Shown here piece after piece: positions 50,630 to 60,502 of a stretch of 64,000 bases of DNA. The position numbers and the translations under genes were made by a program. The notes under the pieces are model-generated. The model worked only from the letters and a program-made list of their open reading frames with translations. It was not told where the DNA came from and did not search any database. Every line of letters begins with the position of its first letter. Position 1 is the stretch's first letter. The stretch is from positions 4,640,001 to 4,704,000 of the forward strand of contig OZ250150.1 of NCBI GenBank assembly GCA_965237675.1, in the 5' to 3' direction. This DNA is from Candidatus Latescibacterota bacterium. GTDB taxonomy: Bacteria > Latescibacterota > UBA2968 > GCA-2709665.

Positions 50630-51862
50630 CTACTCGGTCGCTTCGATAAGCGCGAGTGCCGCCTTGACACTGGCAATTGCGTCTCGTTCCGCCTGGAGCG
50701 CGGTCGAGATGAGCCTGCTCACCTCGGCGCGAGCATTATCGGTAAATTCGTCAGCAGGCACCGAGCGCTCGCAGACCGAATAGAGCTTACCAGACGCTTC
50801 GGCGACGCGATCGTAGTGACCGGCTGCTGATTCGAGTTCGGAGGCGGCCACCGGGAATACATCGGTGAGGTCCCGCAGATAAGCAGCGGCGTATCCGCGG
50901 AGTGACGTCAGTACTCCTGCGTGGCTTTGAGTATCCTTAACGATTCCGTGGCTCCTCGGATGCCGCTGACCGGGATCGGGACTCGCTCCCGATTCGATGG
51001 CGTCCCGCCAGAGTTCGAAGGCGGCGAGGCCCCGAGCAGCCACTTTGATTGGGGCTTTGTCCGTATCGTATCGAGACCCGTTCGCAAACGCGACCGCGTT
51101 CCTTAGCGCCTTGACGTGGGTGCTCGGCACGTCCACCTGCTCCGATCCATCGTAGACGAGCACACAAAAATCTTCGGGAGGGCCGACGTCTCCGATCGCG
51201 TCGTAGCGAACGCCAAATTCCCCGCCGCGACGGCGAACGATGTAGGATTCGTCCGCCTTGTCGTAACCCACCAGGAGACCCCAATCGCGGGCCGAGTCCT
51301 CTTTTGGATACATAGGGGCCCACGCGGCCGCCGGTATCCCGCGGTCGATGCTTGCCCGAACGGCGTCCCAGGCGGCAGCCTTGATCTTCCTGCTTTCGTC
51401 CGGGTCCGTATCCCCCTGGCGCGTCTGAAAGCGCTGAATTCGGCAGCCCAGTTCCTCTTCCGGGCGGGTCTCGAAGACCAGCCACCAGTCCAGGTTCCCC
51501 TCCTGCCAGACGTCCCCGCCGCCTTTCTTCATTTCGAAACTGAAGGCATTGCCCAGCACGCCTTGAAGCCGCGCGGGCGACCATTCCGTTTGACCCGGCG
51601 CCCGAAGCATGTCGTGAAACGCGCTGATGATACGGGTCCAGACTTTCGTCCTTTCGATGTCCAGAACCTTGCGCAAATGCCCGCTCTTCGATTCGAATAC
51701 CAATTTCTTCTCCTCTATCGGGTTCGCGTTGAGCGTCTCAAGCGCAACGACCGCGACAGCCAGGGCAACAAAAATGCTGACAAGGCAGGAATGTGTGAAG
51801 CGTGCCAGCCTGCGCCGTGGCACAGAAGCCATAACGCTTCGATCCTCTATTGTCTCAACCAA
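50630..51862 (-). CDS. hypothetical exported protein
   Basis: 410-aa ORF with an N-terminal hydrophobic helix and SIDRGIP...WGLLVGYD segment; start uncertain. Confidence 0.75.
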   Translation of the reverse strand: MVETIEDRSVMASVPRRRLARFTHSCLVSIFVALAVAVVALETLNANPIEEKKLVFESKSGHLRKVLDIERTKVWTRIISAFHDMLRAPGQTEWSPARLQGVLGNAFSFEMKKGGGDVWQEGNLDWWLVFETRPEEELGCRIQRFQTRQGDTDPDESRKIKAAAWDAVRASIDRGIPAAAWAPMYPKEDSARDWGLLVGYDKADESYIVRRRGGEFGVRYDAIGDVGPPEDFCVLVYDGSEQVDVPSTHVKALRNAVAFANGSRYDTDKAPIKVAARGLAAFELWRDAIESGASPDPGQRHPRSHGIVKDTQSHAGVLTSLRGYAAAYLRDLTDVFPVAASELESAAGHYDRVAEASGKLYSVCERSVPADEFTDNARAEVSRLISTALQAERDAIASVKAALALIEATE

Positions 51863-51887
51863 AAAAACGCCCCTTTCCGAAATCAGA

Positions 51888-52874
51888 TTACCCCAACCGT
51901 TTCACCAGGCCATAGTCCACCAGGTGCCGCACCCTGTATCCGGCGCCGAAATAGATCTCCTGAGCCGGATTGTTCAGACCCGTATGGAGCGTATTGCGTA
52001 CCATACCCCGTTTCTTGAACTCCGCACACATCAAATTGAACAGCACCGTACCGATCTTGCCCCGCCGGTAGTCCGGATGTGTCCCGATCCCGGTAAAGCC
52101 GCCGCTTCCATCCTTGCCCACCCGGATCGGCCCGGCAAAACCCACCACCGCCGGCCCGTCCGTCGCGATCAGCACGGGATAAGGCGGATCTCCATCCATA
52201 CATCCTTTTACTGAAGCCTCCCAACCGCCCGGGAACAGTGCCTCCATAAACCCACACAGCGCATCCCGATGTCCGGCTTCGCACATCCCGAACAGGATGC
52301 CTCGGGATCGGTTCTTTTCAATAAAACCTTCTATCTCCTCCCGAAGTTCAAACTCGGCAAACGTCGTTTCCATAAACAGACTCACCGACCCGCTGTTGCG
52401 GAATCCCCGATTCAGGAAAAACGTATAGGCCGGCGTCTTCACATCGACGCCAGTCGCAAATGGGATCGGATTGCCCTTGTAACCGATCCGCATCTCCGTT
52501 TTTCCGCAACCCGATAGAAATCCCTCCGCGGCATCCAGGAGCATACCCCCAACCCCCTTTTGCCGAAAATCCGAATCCACCATCAACACGCTCAGGTAGC
52601 CTGTCTCTCCCGGCCTCGGCGCCACACCCAGAACAAACCCCACAATCCTGCCTTCCACCCTTGCAATTAGCGCCCCCCCGGGGTCAAAATCCGCATGTGC
52701 CAGAACCCGCTGCCGAAACCCCGCTTCATCCATCCGGAAATCATATTTCCGGTCTGCAAACACCCGCTGCCAGAGATCCATCACCGGCTCCAGATCTTCG
52801 TCTTTCCAGGGAGCAATCGCTAAAGTGCCCATATCTTCGATCCACCAATCCCTTCGACTGCTAATGAATTTCAT
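51888..52874 (-). CDS. tandem-domain GNAT acetyltransferase
   Basis: Two motif A copies: FRQKGVG and YRRGKIG. Confidence 0.9.
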   Translation of the reverse strand: MKFISSRRDWWIEDMGTLAIAPWKDEDLEPVMDLWQRVFADRKYDFRMDEAGFRQRVLAHADFDPGGALIARVEGRIVGFVLGVAPRPGETGYLSVLMVDSDFRQKGVGGMLLDAAEGFLSGCGKTEMRIGYKGNPIPFATGVDVKTPAYTFFLNRGFRNSGSVSLFMETTFAEFELREEIEGFIEKNRSRGILFGMCEAGHRDALCGFMEALFPGGWEASVKGCMDGDPPYPVLIATDGPAVVGFAGPIRVGKDGSGGFTGIGTHPDYRRGKIGTVLFNLMCAEFKKRGMVRNTLHTGLNNPAQEIYFGAGYRVRHLVDYGLVKRLG

Positions 52875-52911
52875 GATCTTCGGGCGCCTCGCACAAGCAA
52901 ATTTCGGGCTT

Positions 52912-53307
52912 CTACGAGGATGGAAGGAATGCTACGGCTTCAATCTCAACGAGGTAATCGGGATGAGCGAGGCCGCTGACGAACAACAGTGTGTTGGGAG
53001 GAAAAGCGTCCGTGAAGAAGCGGTTGCGGGCACGCCGAAAGGCTTCCAGATGGCTGCGTTCGGTCAGATAAGTGGTCAACTTGACGATGTCTTCCAGACT
53101 CCCTCCGAGTTCCTCGAGAATGGCCTGAAGATTCGCGTAGACCTGGTGCGTCTGCACCTCGATATCGCCTTTCCCAACCAGGTTGCCGCCCGGATCCAGG
53201 GCGATCTGACCGGCGATGTAGAAGGTGTCGCCGGCCTTTGCCACGTGAGAGTAACCCACCCCCGCCGTCGAGTGTACGCTTGCCGGATGTATGATCTGAC
53301 GGGCCAT
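52912..53307 (-). CDS. RidA/YjgF family protein
   Basis: YSH, IAGQIA, PPNT, LVEIEAVA. Confidence 0.92.
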   Translation of the reverse strand: MARQIIHPASVHSTAGVGYSHVAKAGDTFYIAGQIALDPGGNLVGKGDIEVQTHQVYANLQAILEELGGSLEDIVKLTTYLTERSHLEAFRRARNRFFTDAFPPNTLLFVSGLAHPDYLVEIEAVAFLPSS

Positions 53308-53397
53308 CGCTCCCGACCTCCTGCCTTATAGGTTGTGTTTAGCTTCGTAGGCTACGGGTTCCTGGCGCAAGCCTTGTATAGGCACAGAGCTTGTTCT

Positions 53398-53808
53398 TTA
53401 CGTCCTTCCAGATAATCTCGCACCGATCCACGCCATAGGTATATAAGCGCCAACCAGGTCCACGACGGTAAACAGGACAGGTCCCCCTATCGTGAACACG
53501 TTGACGATACCGCCAATCATGAAGAGCCCGCCTACCACCATCGCTGATGCCAACCTGCAGCTTGCGGCGATGAGGGCGGCCAGATAGGCGCCCACAAGGG
53601 TCCCCAGCGCATGGGCCAGGAACGGGAAGATGAAATGCCTGAACTCGAACAGGTGCATGGACGACCTGATGGATTCCATATTGGTCACGTCGACACCATC
53701 CGGCGCTGGAATAACTACAGGCCCTGCCATGACCACAATCATATTTGCGATACTGCCCAAAACAAGACCGACGATGACGGCCAGGACGTTCTTCAGTTTG
53801 GGACTCAT
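53398..53808 (-). CDS. membrane protein
   Basis: Four hydrophobic segments; GAGGTG RBS. Confidence 0.85.
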   Translation of the reverse strand: MSPKLKNVLAVIVGLVLGSIANMIVVMAGPVVIPAPDGVDVTNMESIRSSMHLFEFRHFIFPFLAHALGTLVGAYLAALIAASCRLASAMVVGGLFMIGGIVNVFTIGGPVLFTVVDLVGAYIPMAWIGARLSGRT

Positions 53809-54035
53809 AAATCACCTCACCTGTTAAATGTTCGATTGCACTCGCTCTTCTTCACATCTTGACACGTTGTCACCTACCCGGAGATTCCGGATAACGAACC
53901 CGAATTCGTTCCTTAAGGCTATTTGATCGTCGCAATTCGCAACACATGCGAGGCACGGGGTTGCCGACAACAATGGCTCCGAAGGGCGGCCGTTTGCGCC
54001 CCCGTTGTTGGCCTCTGTGCACAGCGTGACCACGG

Positions 54036-54860
54036 CTAACCGAAGTGTTCTTCCAGCCATGCGACCGCAAAATCGGCCAGATCCGTCGCGTCGAACAGAT
54101 ACGAATCTGCGGCTCCAACCCGCCCCTCCGAGAAGCGTCCACGAGCCATATATGCTTTCGAGATGCACTGGAAATAGCTGCCATCGGGCCAGTCGGCGAT
54201 TCCTCCTGAAGTATCAAACTGCTCGAACGCTATCCATTCGCACTTGCCGTCGCGCAAGACCGGCCATCGATAGCGCTCAGTTCTCTTGTTGGGCACGTCA
54301 GCGATATGCTCTGCGTAGTGAAGAATGGTCAGGCTGTCGAACAGCGGTCCGAGCAGAAGTACTTTCCCCCCAACGTCGCACAGCTTCTCGAGGGGGGAAT
54401 CTACGCCGTAACCAAACTGAAGCGGATGATCTGACGTTAGCCATTCCGCCCTCGCGCCAACTGCCGCCACTCTTGCCTCGGGATGGTTGCTGCAATGCAC
54501 CCCGGGCCATGTGCGAAGGTACTCTGTAAGGATACTCCACCGACGATTGGCGCGAGTCCGGTACGGGTCAAACGGCGGGCACTCTGCCAGATAGGCTTTC
54601 TGCCAGTCCTCCGGCCAATCATCGATTTCGTTCAACGGTTCCTCACACTTAATGTACATCATCAAAGTCCCAGTTGAACCGAGCACGTCAAGGATCGACC
54701 GTAGCACCACGTTAGGCCCCCCGACGATCCAGCCGACCGCCTTGACGGAGGCATGCAGCATCACCGTGTCGCCAGAGGCAAGCCCCAGTTTCGACAAGTC
54801 GGATACCAAGCTGCTTCGTGTGATCACCGGCAGATTTGTGTTGGCCACGCTGTATGCCAC
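54036..54860 (-). CDS. aac(3): aminoglycoside 3-N-acetyltransferase family, copy 2
   Basis: Collinear with and highly similar to 48401-49213. Confidence 0.92.
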   Translation of the reverse strand: MAYSVANTNLPVITRSSLVSDLSKLGLASGDTVMLHASVKAVGWIVGGPNVVLRSILDVLGSTGTLMMYIKCEEPLNEIDDWPEDWQKAYLAECPPFDPYRTRANRRWSILTEYLRTWPGVHCSNHPEARVAAVGARAEWLTSDHPLQFGYGVDSPLEKLCDVGGKVLLLGPLFDSLTILHYAEHIADVPNKRTERYRWPVLRDGKCEWIAFEQFDTSGGIADWPDGSYFQCISKAYMARGRFSEGRVGAADSYLFDATDLADFAVAWLEEHFG

Positions 54861-54886
54861 CCTAGTCAGGGAAGAATATGCATTGC

Positions 54887-54956
54887 AGTTAACTTTCTCC
54901 GGTTCGCGAACGGAAATTTTAATTGTCGTTGAACTAAAAATTAGTTGACGTTAGTC
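54887..54956 (-). repeat. attC-like site (70 bp)
   Basis: AGTTAAC-tttct-CCGGTTCGCGAA ... GTTAGTC, between two co-oriented genes. Confidence 0.65.
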
Positions 54957-54978
54957 ACTGGAGACCGATCAATGGGTT

Positions 54979-55450
54979 TCAGTCAGTCTTGATCGACACG
55001 TACTCTTCGTCGTCCATAGGCGCTTCAAACTGCGCTCGGAGGTTCTCAAAAGCTCGTTCGTTAATATAAAGGGAATCTTGCGACATCTCCGTGCGGGTGA
55101 GTACTCGATGGCGCATAACGTCCACCGAGCAACGCAGAAAATAGAGCTTCGATTGAACCCCGATTTCCTGAGCTTTGCGCCTGGCGAGATCGCGGTCAGC
55201 GCGGCGCCAAAAACCATGATCGAGAACCACATCCTGTCCCAGGGTGAGAAGACGAGACGCGAATTGCCAGACTAAATCCTCGACTCTGTGATAGTATGTT
55301 TGAAAACGTTCGCTGGGCGGATTTCGGCCATACAGTTTGACCATCCATTCGTCATGGCTGAAAAGTACGGCGGAATGAACTTGCTCCAACGATTTCGCAA
55401 AGGGTTTTGCCCGCTCCAATGAATCCGCAAAGCAAGTGCAGGGTAGTCAT
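54979..55450 (-). pseudogene. P-loop kinase (AAA_33-like), frameshifted at the Walker A motif
   Basis: ATG 55450 MTTLHLLCGFIGAGKT, then the frame changes to FAKSLE...DVVLDHGFW; consistent with loss of 2 nt from ACCACC. Confidence 0.8.
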
Positions 55451-55622
55451 TGCAATTCGAATCGATAATTATGTGCTGTCGTCCAACTTTCCCGCGGGCT
55501 GCGAACCTGGCACAGGCAGGTTAGGTCGGAGGCCCAAATGGTCCGGAGCCAGCAATTGTGTATTGTGCGCTGTGCCAACCTGGAGCGGTTCAGGACGCAA
55601 GAATCAGACGAATTCCGATATG

Positions 55623-56249
55623 CTACCAGGCCCTTTGAAGAGTAATTTCACAGAACGGCTTCCCGCGCCGGCTCACAATATGCGCCGTGGAAACGTGCCT
55701 GAACCCGCCGGCGTGCTCTGCGATTTCCCTGAAAACACCTGGCGTGTGAAGCGACATGATCGGCAGGACCGCCTCAAGAGAAGTCACCCCTGAACTCGTC
55801 ATCTTTCCCTGTTCGGATTGTTGCTGCAGGAGCGCGACCAGGTGCCCGTTCGGAGCGAGATGCGCGGCAATTGTTGCCAGGGTTGTCTCCAGGTCCACGT
55901 ATTCGAAAAATAAGGCGCCATAAGCCAGATCGAAACGGCCTGCTTCACTGAAGCCTTCCGGAAAACTGCATTGTGCTGTTCGCAATGCTTTAAGCATCTC
56001 AAAGCGTTTTCGAAGGTATGCCAGATACTCGGGATTGACGTCCACAGCCAGAATATCGCTTAGGTGCGACGCACGAGCGGTCTCCAGCCCATTACCTAGA
56101 CCCGCACCCAGATACAGAAGCGATTTCGGGGCAAACCGTACCAGGCAATCCTCAAGATGTTTCCGGATCATCTCGCCCTGCCGGACCGTTTCATGTTCCA
56201 TGTGAATCTTGTAGTCAGCAACTGGAACATTCAGCCAGGGATTGTTCAC
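55623..56249 (-). CDS. class I SAM-dependent methyltransferase
   Basis: LLYLGAGLGNG, AVDVNPEYL, FDL, HLAPNG. Confidence 0.85.
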   Translation of the reverse strand: MNNPWLNVPVADYKIHMEHETVRQGEMIRKHLEDCLVRFAPKSLLYLGAGLGNGLETARASHLSDILAVDVNPEYLAYLRKRFEMLKALRTAQCSFPEGFSEAGRFDLAYGALFFEYVDLETTLATIAAHLAPNGHLVALLQQQSEQGKMTSSGVTSLEAVLPIMSLHTPGVFREIAEHAGGFRHVSTAHIVSRRGKPFCEITLQRAW

Positions 56250-56339
56250 AATTATAGCCTGATATCGTCAATGTTGGACACGCGGTCCGACGTACGTTGG
56301 AATATCCAGGATGGCGAGGGATGGATATTCGCCGGTTTT

Positions 56340-56364
56340 GTATAACGTCCTACCAGTTTGCGAA
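56340..56364 (-). repeat. attC-like half site
   Basis: GTATAAC-gtccta-CCAGTTTGCGAA. Confidence 0.6.
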
Positions 56365-56482
56365 CGGGTCCAGCGAACTGCGGCAGTCGAGATCGGGACT
56401 ACCGCAACGTCGCCGGCAAACGGGCTTTAGTGAGGTGACAAAGGCGTGAACTGAGAGAAAATAGCCCGTGGTATGATGAAAA

Positions 56483-56869
56483 CTATCCGGGTCCAGGTCG
56501 CTCTTGAGTAAACCATCTGTGCTCAAATTCATGCCCGTCGCTGCCAAAATACTTGCCCTTGAATACATCGAGAGCTGCATCATACTGTGATATGATAAGG
56601 ACCGCATCGCTATTTGACGGTAGTGTCTCATCATCGAGAAGGTCGAGGAACTCAGCGGTTGCCTCATCCTTGAGAAGGTCCCTAATCCGTGTGAGTACTC
56701 GGTTAACCATCTTTACTTTCAACGCGTTCAGATTTCCATCCTGCTTCTTCTTGGAGAGCTCCTTGAGTTCAGTGCGGATTTTCCCGAGAAGAGGTACCAG
56801 CAGTTCGTAAATCTTTACCTCGTTCTCAGACGGTAGTTCTTTAGACTTCTTGCTTGCCCTCTTAGCCAT
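56483..56869 (-). CDS. hypothetical helical protein (128 aa)
   Basis: AGGAGG RBS; directly downstream of the nuclease-like gene. Confidence 0.8.
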   Translation of the reverse strand: MAKRASKKSKELPSENEVKIYELLVPLLGKIRTELKELSKKKQDGNLNALKVKMVNRVLTRIRDLLKDEATAEFLDLLDDETLPSNSDAVLIISQYDAALDVFKGKYFGSDGHEFEHRWFTQERPGPG

Positions 56870-56927
56870 GACTGAGCCTCCTTGTCAGTGCCGCCGGGAT
56901 GGTTTGTCCCCCTGCGTCAAACCAAGC

Positions 56928-58295
56928 TTAGCCGGGACACATCCTACTGAATTCAACGTATTTCTTCTTGAGGACCTCGATCGGGTTTCTTTGCTTGCTT
57001 TCGAAAACTTCGACCATCATACAAAGGTCAGAATCATCAAGAATAAGTATGCAGCGGCGCTGGCCAGCCCACAGATCAATTGTATTCCGCAAGATGTTCC
57101 TACTTGGTTTGTTCCTGGCCAATATTACGCCGAAGCGGCCGAATCCATCGATCATGTAGCGATTAAGCTGGTTTATGTGTTCACGCTTAACGCTTTGGAC
57201 GTTCTTCATTTCGACGACTATCTGCCGGCAGTCGTAAGCGTCGTAAATTTCCGCGAGGAAATCCGTACATCTGTTGTTATAGAAGATTAGATCGCGGATC
57301 AACACTCCGCTATGTGTACGGCTTTGCAGTTCCGCGAAGTCAAGGTGTGGGTAAAACAATGACGACAGAAGTTGGCTGCTTATGTCCTCGAATAGTCGAT
57401 CTGCTTTTCCCTCTAAACCGATCGGGAGCTTAGCGAGTTTCGACAGTCTCCTCTTCGCAGAAACGACTGGGATGGGCGTGAAGAGCGGGTCGTTCCGACA
57501 ATCAGCTTGCGTGCGCTCCTTGCTGGCAACGTACGCCTGTAACACATCGTAGTGTGTCCGATTGTAGGTGAGAACGGAGACGCGGTCTGTGCTGGATGCA
57601 TTCTTGTCGACTTGTTTAAGAAAGTATCCCCTGAAGTAATCATCATATTGAATCCAAGGACTGTACCTCAGCCAACGCCTAGGCACAAGGATGATGGGAT
57701 CCCTCGTTTCAGGGTTCAATGGGAGATTTGTTGTCTCTTCCTTCAGAACATTACTTTTGTAATCGTACACGCGTTGGCTGCACCCTTCGACTGGAATGCC
57801 GTATTGTTCACAAGACTGGATCGTATAGTCAATTAGAAATGATTTCAGGAACGTACTCGCTATGTCGCTGACGCGGTCCTTGGAGACGTTCTCCACCAAA
57901 AGCTGAATTTCCTCAAAGTGCAGAAAGCCGCATTCCCTTATCTGGGGAACGGAATCAAAAAGGCGGAGGATTTCCAGCGCCAGATCCGGACCCATTCGGT
58001 GACCCTTCCTTATGCGAGACGATCCCAAGCCAACCTCATTGCACTCCGATGCTGAAATTAGCAGTGCGACTGCCTTGTCGACGTCACCCCTTTTATACAT
58101 CAACCCAAGATAATTGAAGCTATTTACGATTGCCGTGTGCAATGAATTGTCTTGCAACGACGGTGACTTCCACAAAAGGAAAGGATCGATGAATAGTGGG
58201 ATGTCCTCATTTAGGAACGGTATCGCGAAATCGACCTCCTCCTGCGTGATCGGGAGGTCGTGGTAGTCGTTCAGTCTTGGTCTAATTATAGCCAT
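56928..58295 (-). CDS. hypothetical protein with C-terminal PD-(D/E)XK restriction-endonuclease-like domain
   Basis: RDLIFYN...VEMKN...HINQLNRYM...GRFGVILAR (D...ExK...QxxxY); N-terminal DIPLFIDPFLL. Confidence 0.72.
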   Translation of the reverse strand: MAIIRPRLNDYHDLPITQEEVDFAIPFLNEDIPLFIDPFLLWKSPSLQDNSLHTAIVNSFNYLGLMYKRGDVDKAVALLISASECNEVGLGSSRIRKGHRMGPDLALEILRLFDSVPQIRECGFLHFEEIQLLVENVSKDRVSDIASTFLKSFLIDYTIQSCEQYGIPVEGCSQRVYDYKSNVLKEETTNLPLNPETRDPIILVPRRWLRYSPWIQYDDYFRGYFLKQVDKNASSTDRVSVLTYNRTHYDVLQAYVASKERTQADCRNDPLFTPIPVVSAKRRLSKLAKLPIGLEGKADRLFEDISSQLLSSLFYPHLDFAELQSRTHSGVLIRDLIFYNNRCTDFLAEIYDAYDCRQIVVEMKNVQSVKREHINQLNRYMIDGFGRFGVILARNKPSRNILRNTIDLWAGQRRCILILDDSDLCMMVEVFESKQRNPIEVLKKKYVEFSRMCPG

Positions 58296-59077
58296 CAAGG
58301 TTGAATCCTAGAATTTAAGTGGGATCTGCGGTGCATTTAGCCTGAATAATTCACAAAAAAGGTAGTTTCCATACCCAAGTCATTGTATTATATTATGGTT
58401 ACGCAAATAACCTAATAACAATGAAACAGGAGGAAACTACCGTGGGAGTTCAAGATAAACATCACAGGTTGTCTTTCGCAAGTCTTTCTGGTAGGCAGGT
58501 AGAAGCCACGTTCGACGGGGGCGTGCTGACGACCGACGTCGGGGTGATGCTGCTTCGTGAGGTCGAGGCCAATGTCGGCATTTTGCATCGGATGGTTGCG
58601 GCGCTCACCGATCATCGACATCAAAGTTACGTACATCATTCGATGATGGACCTGATCAAACAACGTGTCTTTCAGATGGCCTGTGGGTATGAGGATGCGA
58701 ATGATTGCAAGACGTTACGCGAGGACCCCGGCTTCAAGGCGGCCTGTGATCGGTTGCCGTTGTCTGGCGCGGACCTGGCCAGTCAGCCCACGATGAGTCG
58801 GTTCGAGAACCGCATCAGCAGAACCGATTTGTATCGGATCGCCAAGGCCTTTGCGGATGTGTTTGTCGCCTCGTATGAGGAACCGCCGGAAGCCATTCTG
58901 TTGGACATCGATGACACCGAAGACAAGGTGCATGGGTCTCAACAGTTGTCGTTGTTCAATGCGTATTTCAATGGCTATTGCTACCAGCCCCTGCATATCT
59001 ATGAAGGCCAAACCGGCAAGTTGATCACGACGGTCTTGCGTCCTGGCAGGCGGCCTGCGGGTAAAGAGATCGTCACC

Positions 59078-60502
59078 GGGATTGTGCCTATCTTAGTTGA
59101 AATAGAAGAGGCTCCGATGTAAATTGGATACGGCAGTCTCGACGAAGAAGACCGTATCCTCAACCAAAGGAGCCTGTGATGAAAAAAGTACCGTCGAACC
59201 TCCGTGAAGTCAAGTCGAATAGGGATGCCGGGGTGACGTCTGGCGCCTTCCTGGGAGAAGCCCTGGAGGATGTTGACGTCCGTGTGGCATTGATCCAAGC
59301 GCTGATCCCGCTTGGTCTGGACGCTGTGGCAGAAATCTTGCAGCAAGAGGTTGCCGGGTTGACGGGCAAGAAACACAGTCGTAAAGCGGGCAAGACCCCG
59401 AATCGTCGGTGGGGCGCTCAACCGGGATCGGTGTATCTGTCGGATCAAAAAGTGCCCATTACGGTGCCCAGGGTGCGTGACGTGGAAGCCAATGAGGAAG
59501 TTCCTCTGGAGGTATATCACCACTTGCAGCGACCCAGAAACATGGACGGAGGGTTGCTGCTGCGCGTGGTCAGCGGCATTGCGACGCGTTCTTACGCCAG
59601 TTGCGCAGAGGCGATACCCGAGGCGTTTGGCTTGTCTTCATCGAGTGTCTCGAGGCGGTTCATCAGGGCATCGGCGGCCAAGCTGAGACAGTTTCAAGAA
59701 CGGTTTCTTTCGGGCTATGACCTGGTGGGGCTGTTTATGGATGGCAAGACCTTTGCCGATCAGGAAATGATCATCGCCCTTGGCGTGACCATCGACGGGC
59801 ACAAGATCCCGCTGGGGTTCGTGCAGGCCGCCAGCGAAAATGAGCGCGTGTGCCGCCAGTTTGTCGATTCGCTCATCGATCGCGGATTGCAGTATCACCA
59901 AGGGCTGCTTTGCCTCATCGACGGCTCAAAGGGCTTGTATAGTGCCCTCACAAAAGCCCTTTCCGGTTATGTCGCCATTCAACGCTGTCAGTGGCACAAA
60001 CGGGAGAACGTGATCGCCTATTTGCCCAAGACACAGCAGAGTGAGGTCAAGAAAGCGCTTCAAAGTGCCTACGACATGGACACCTACAAAGAAGCCAAAG
60101 CCGCGCTGTATGCCCTCAAGCCCTCCCTGACCCTGATGAATGCATCGGCCCTCAACAGCCTGGAGGAAGGGCTCGAAGAAACCCTCACCCTCCATCGCCT
60201 GGGACTGATGCCACAACTCAAGCAATCGTTTCGCACCACCAACTGCATCGAATCCCTCAACGCCATGATCGCACAGCGCACCCGTAATGTGAAACGATGG
60301 AACAACTCCGATCAGCGATATCGGTGGTTGGCAGCCGCGCTGTTGGATATCGAGCCCCGATTGCGGAGGATCAAAGGATACCGCTTTCTTCCCGTACTCA
60401 GACTTGCCCTACGCAATCATCTCGCGCTCGATCATGACACGCAAAACGCTTTCGCCGCTGATTGAACGCCTCTGCTATTTCAACTAATAATAGTACTTGC
60501 CC
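59078..60502 (+). mobile_element. IS256-family insertion sequence (1425 bp)
   Basis: 8-bp target duplication TCGTCACC (59070-59077, 60503-60510); 28-bp imperfect inverted repeats GGG...TTAGTTGAAATAG. Confidence 0.95.
59176..60465 (+). CDS. IS256-family (mutator) transposase
   Basis: VPRVRD, FMDG, IDGSKGL, QRCQWHK, RTTNCIESLN. Confidence 0.95.
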   Translation: MMKKVPSNLREVKSNRDAGVTSGAFLGEALEDVDVRVALIQALIPLGLDAVAEILQQEVAGLTGKKHSRKAGKTPNRRWGAQPGSVYLSDQKVPITVPRVRDVEANEEVPLEVYHHLQRPRNMDGGLLLRVVSGIATRSYASCAEAIPEAFGLSSSSVSRRFIRASAAKLRQFQERFLSGYDLVGLFMDGKTFADQEMIIALGVTIDGHKIPLGFVQAASENERVCRQFVDSLIDRGLQYHQGLLCLIDGSKGLYSALTKALSGYVAIQRCQWHKRENVIAYLPKTQQSEVKKALQSAYDMDTYKEAKAALYALKPSLTLMNASALNSLEEGLEETLTLHRLGLMPQLKQSFRTTNCIESLNAMIAQRTRNVKRWNNSDQRYRWLAAALLDIEPRLRRIKGYRFLPVLRLALRNHLALDHDTQNAFAAD

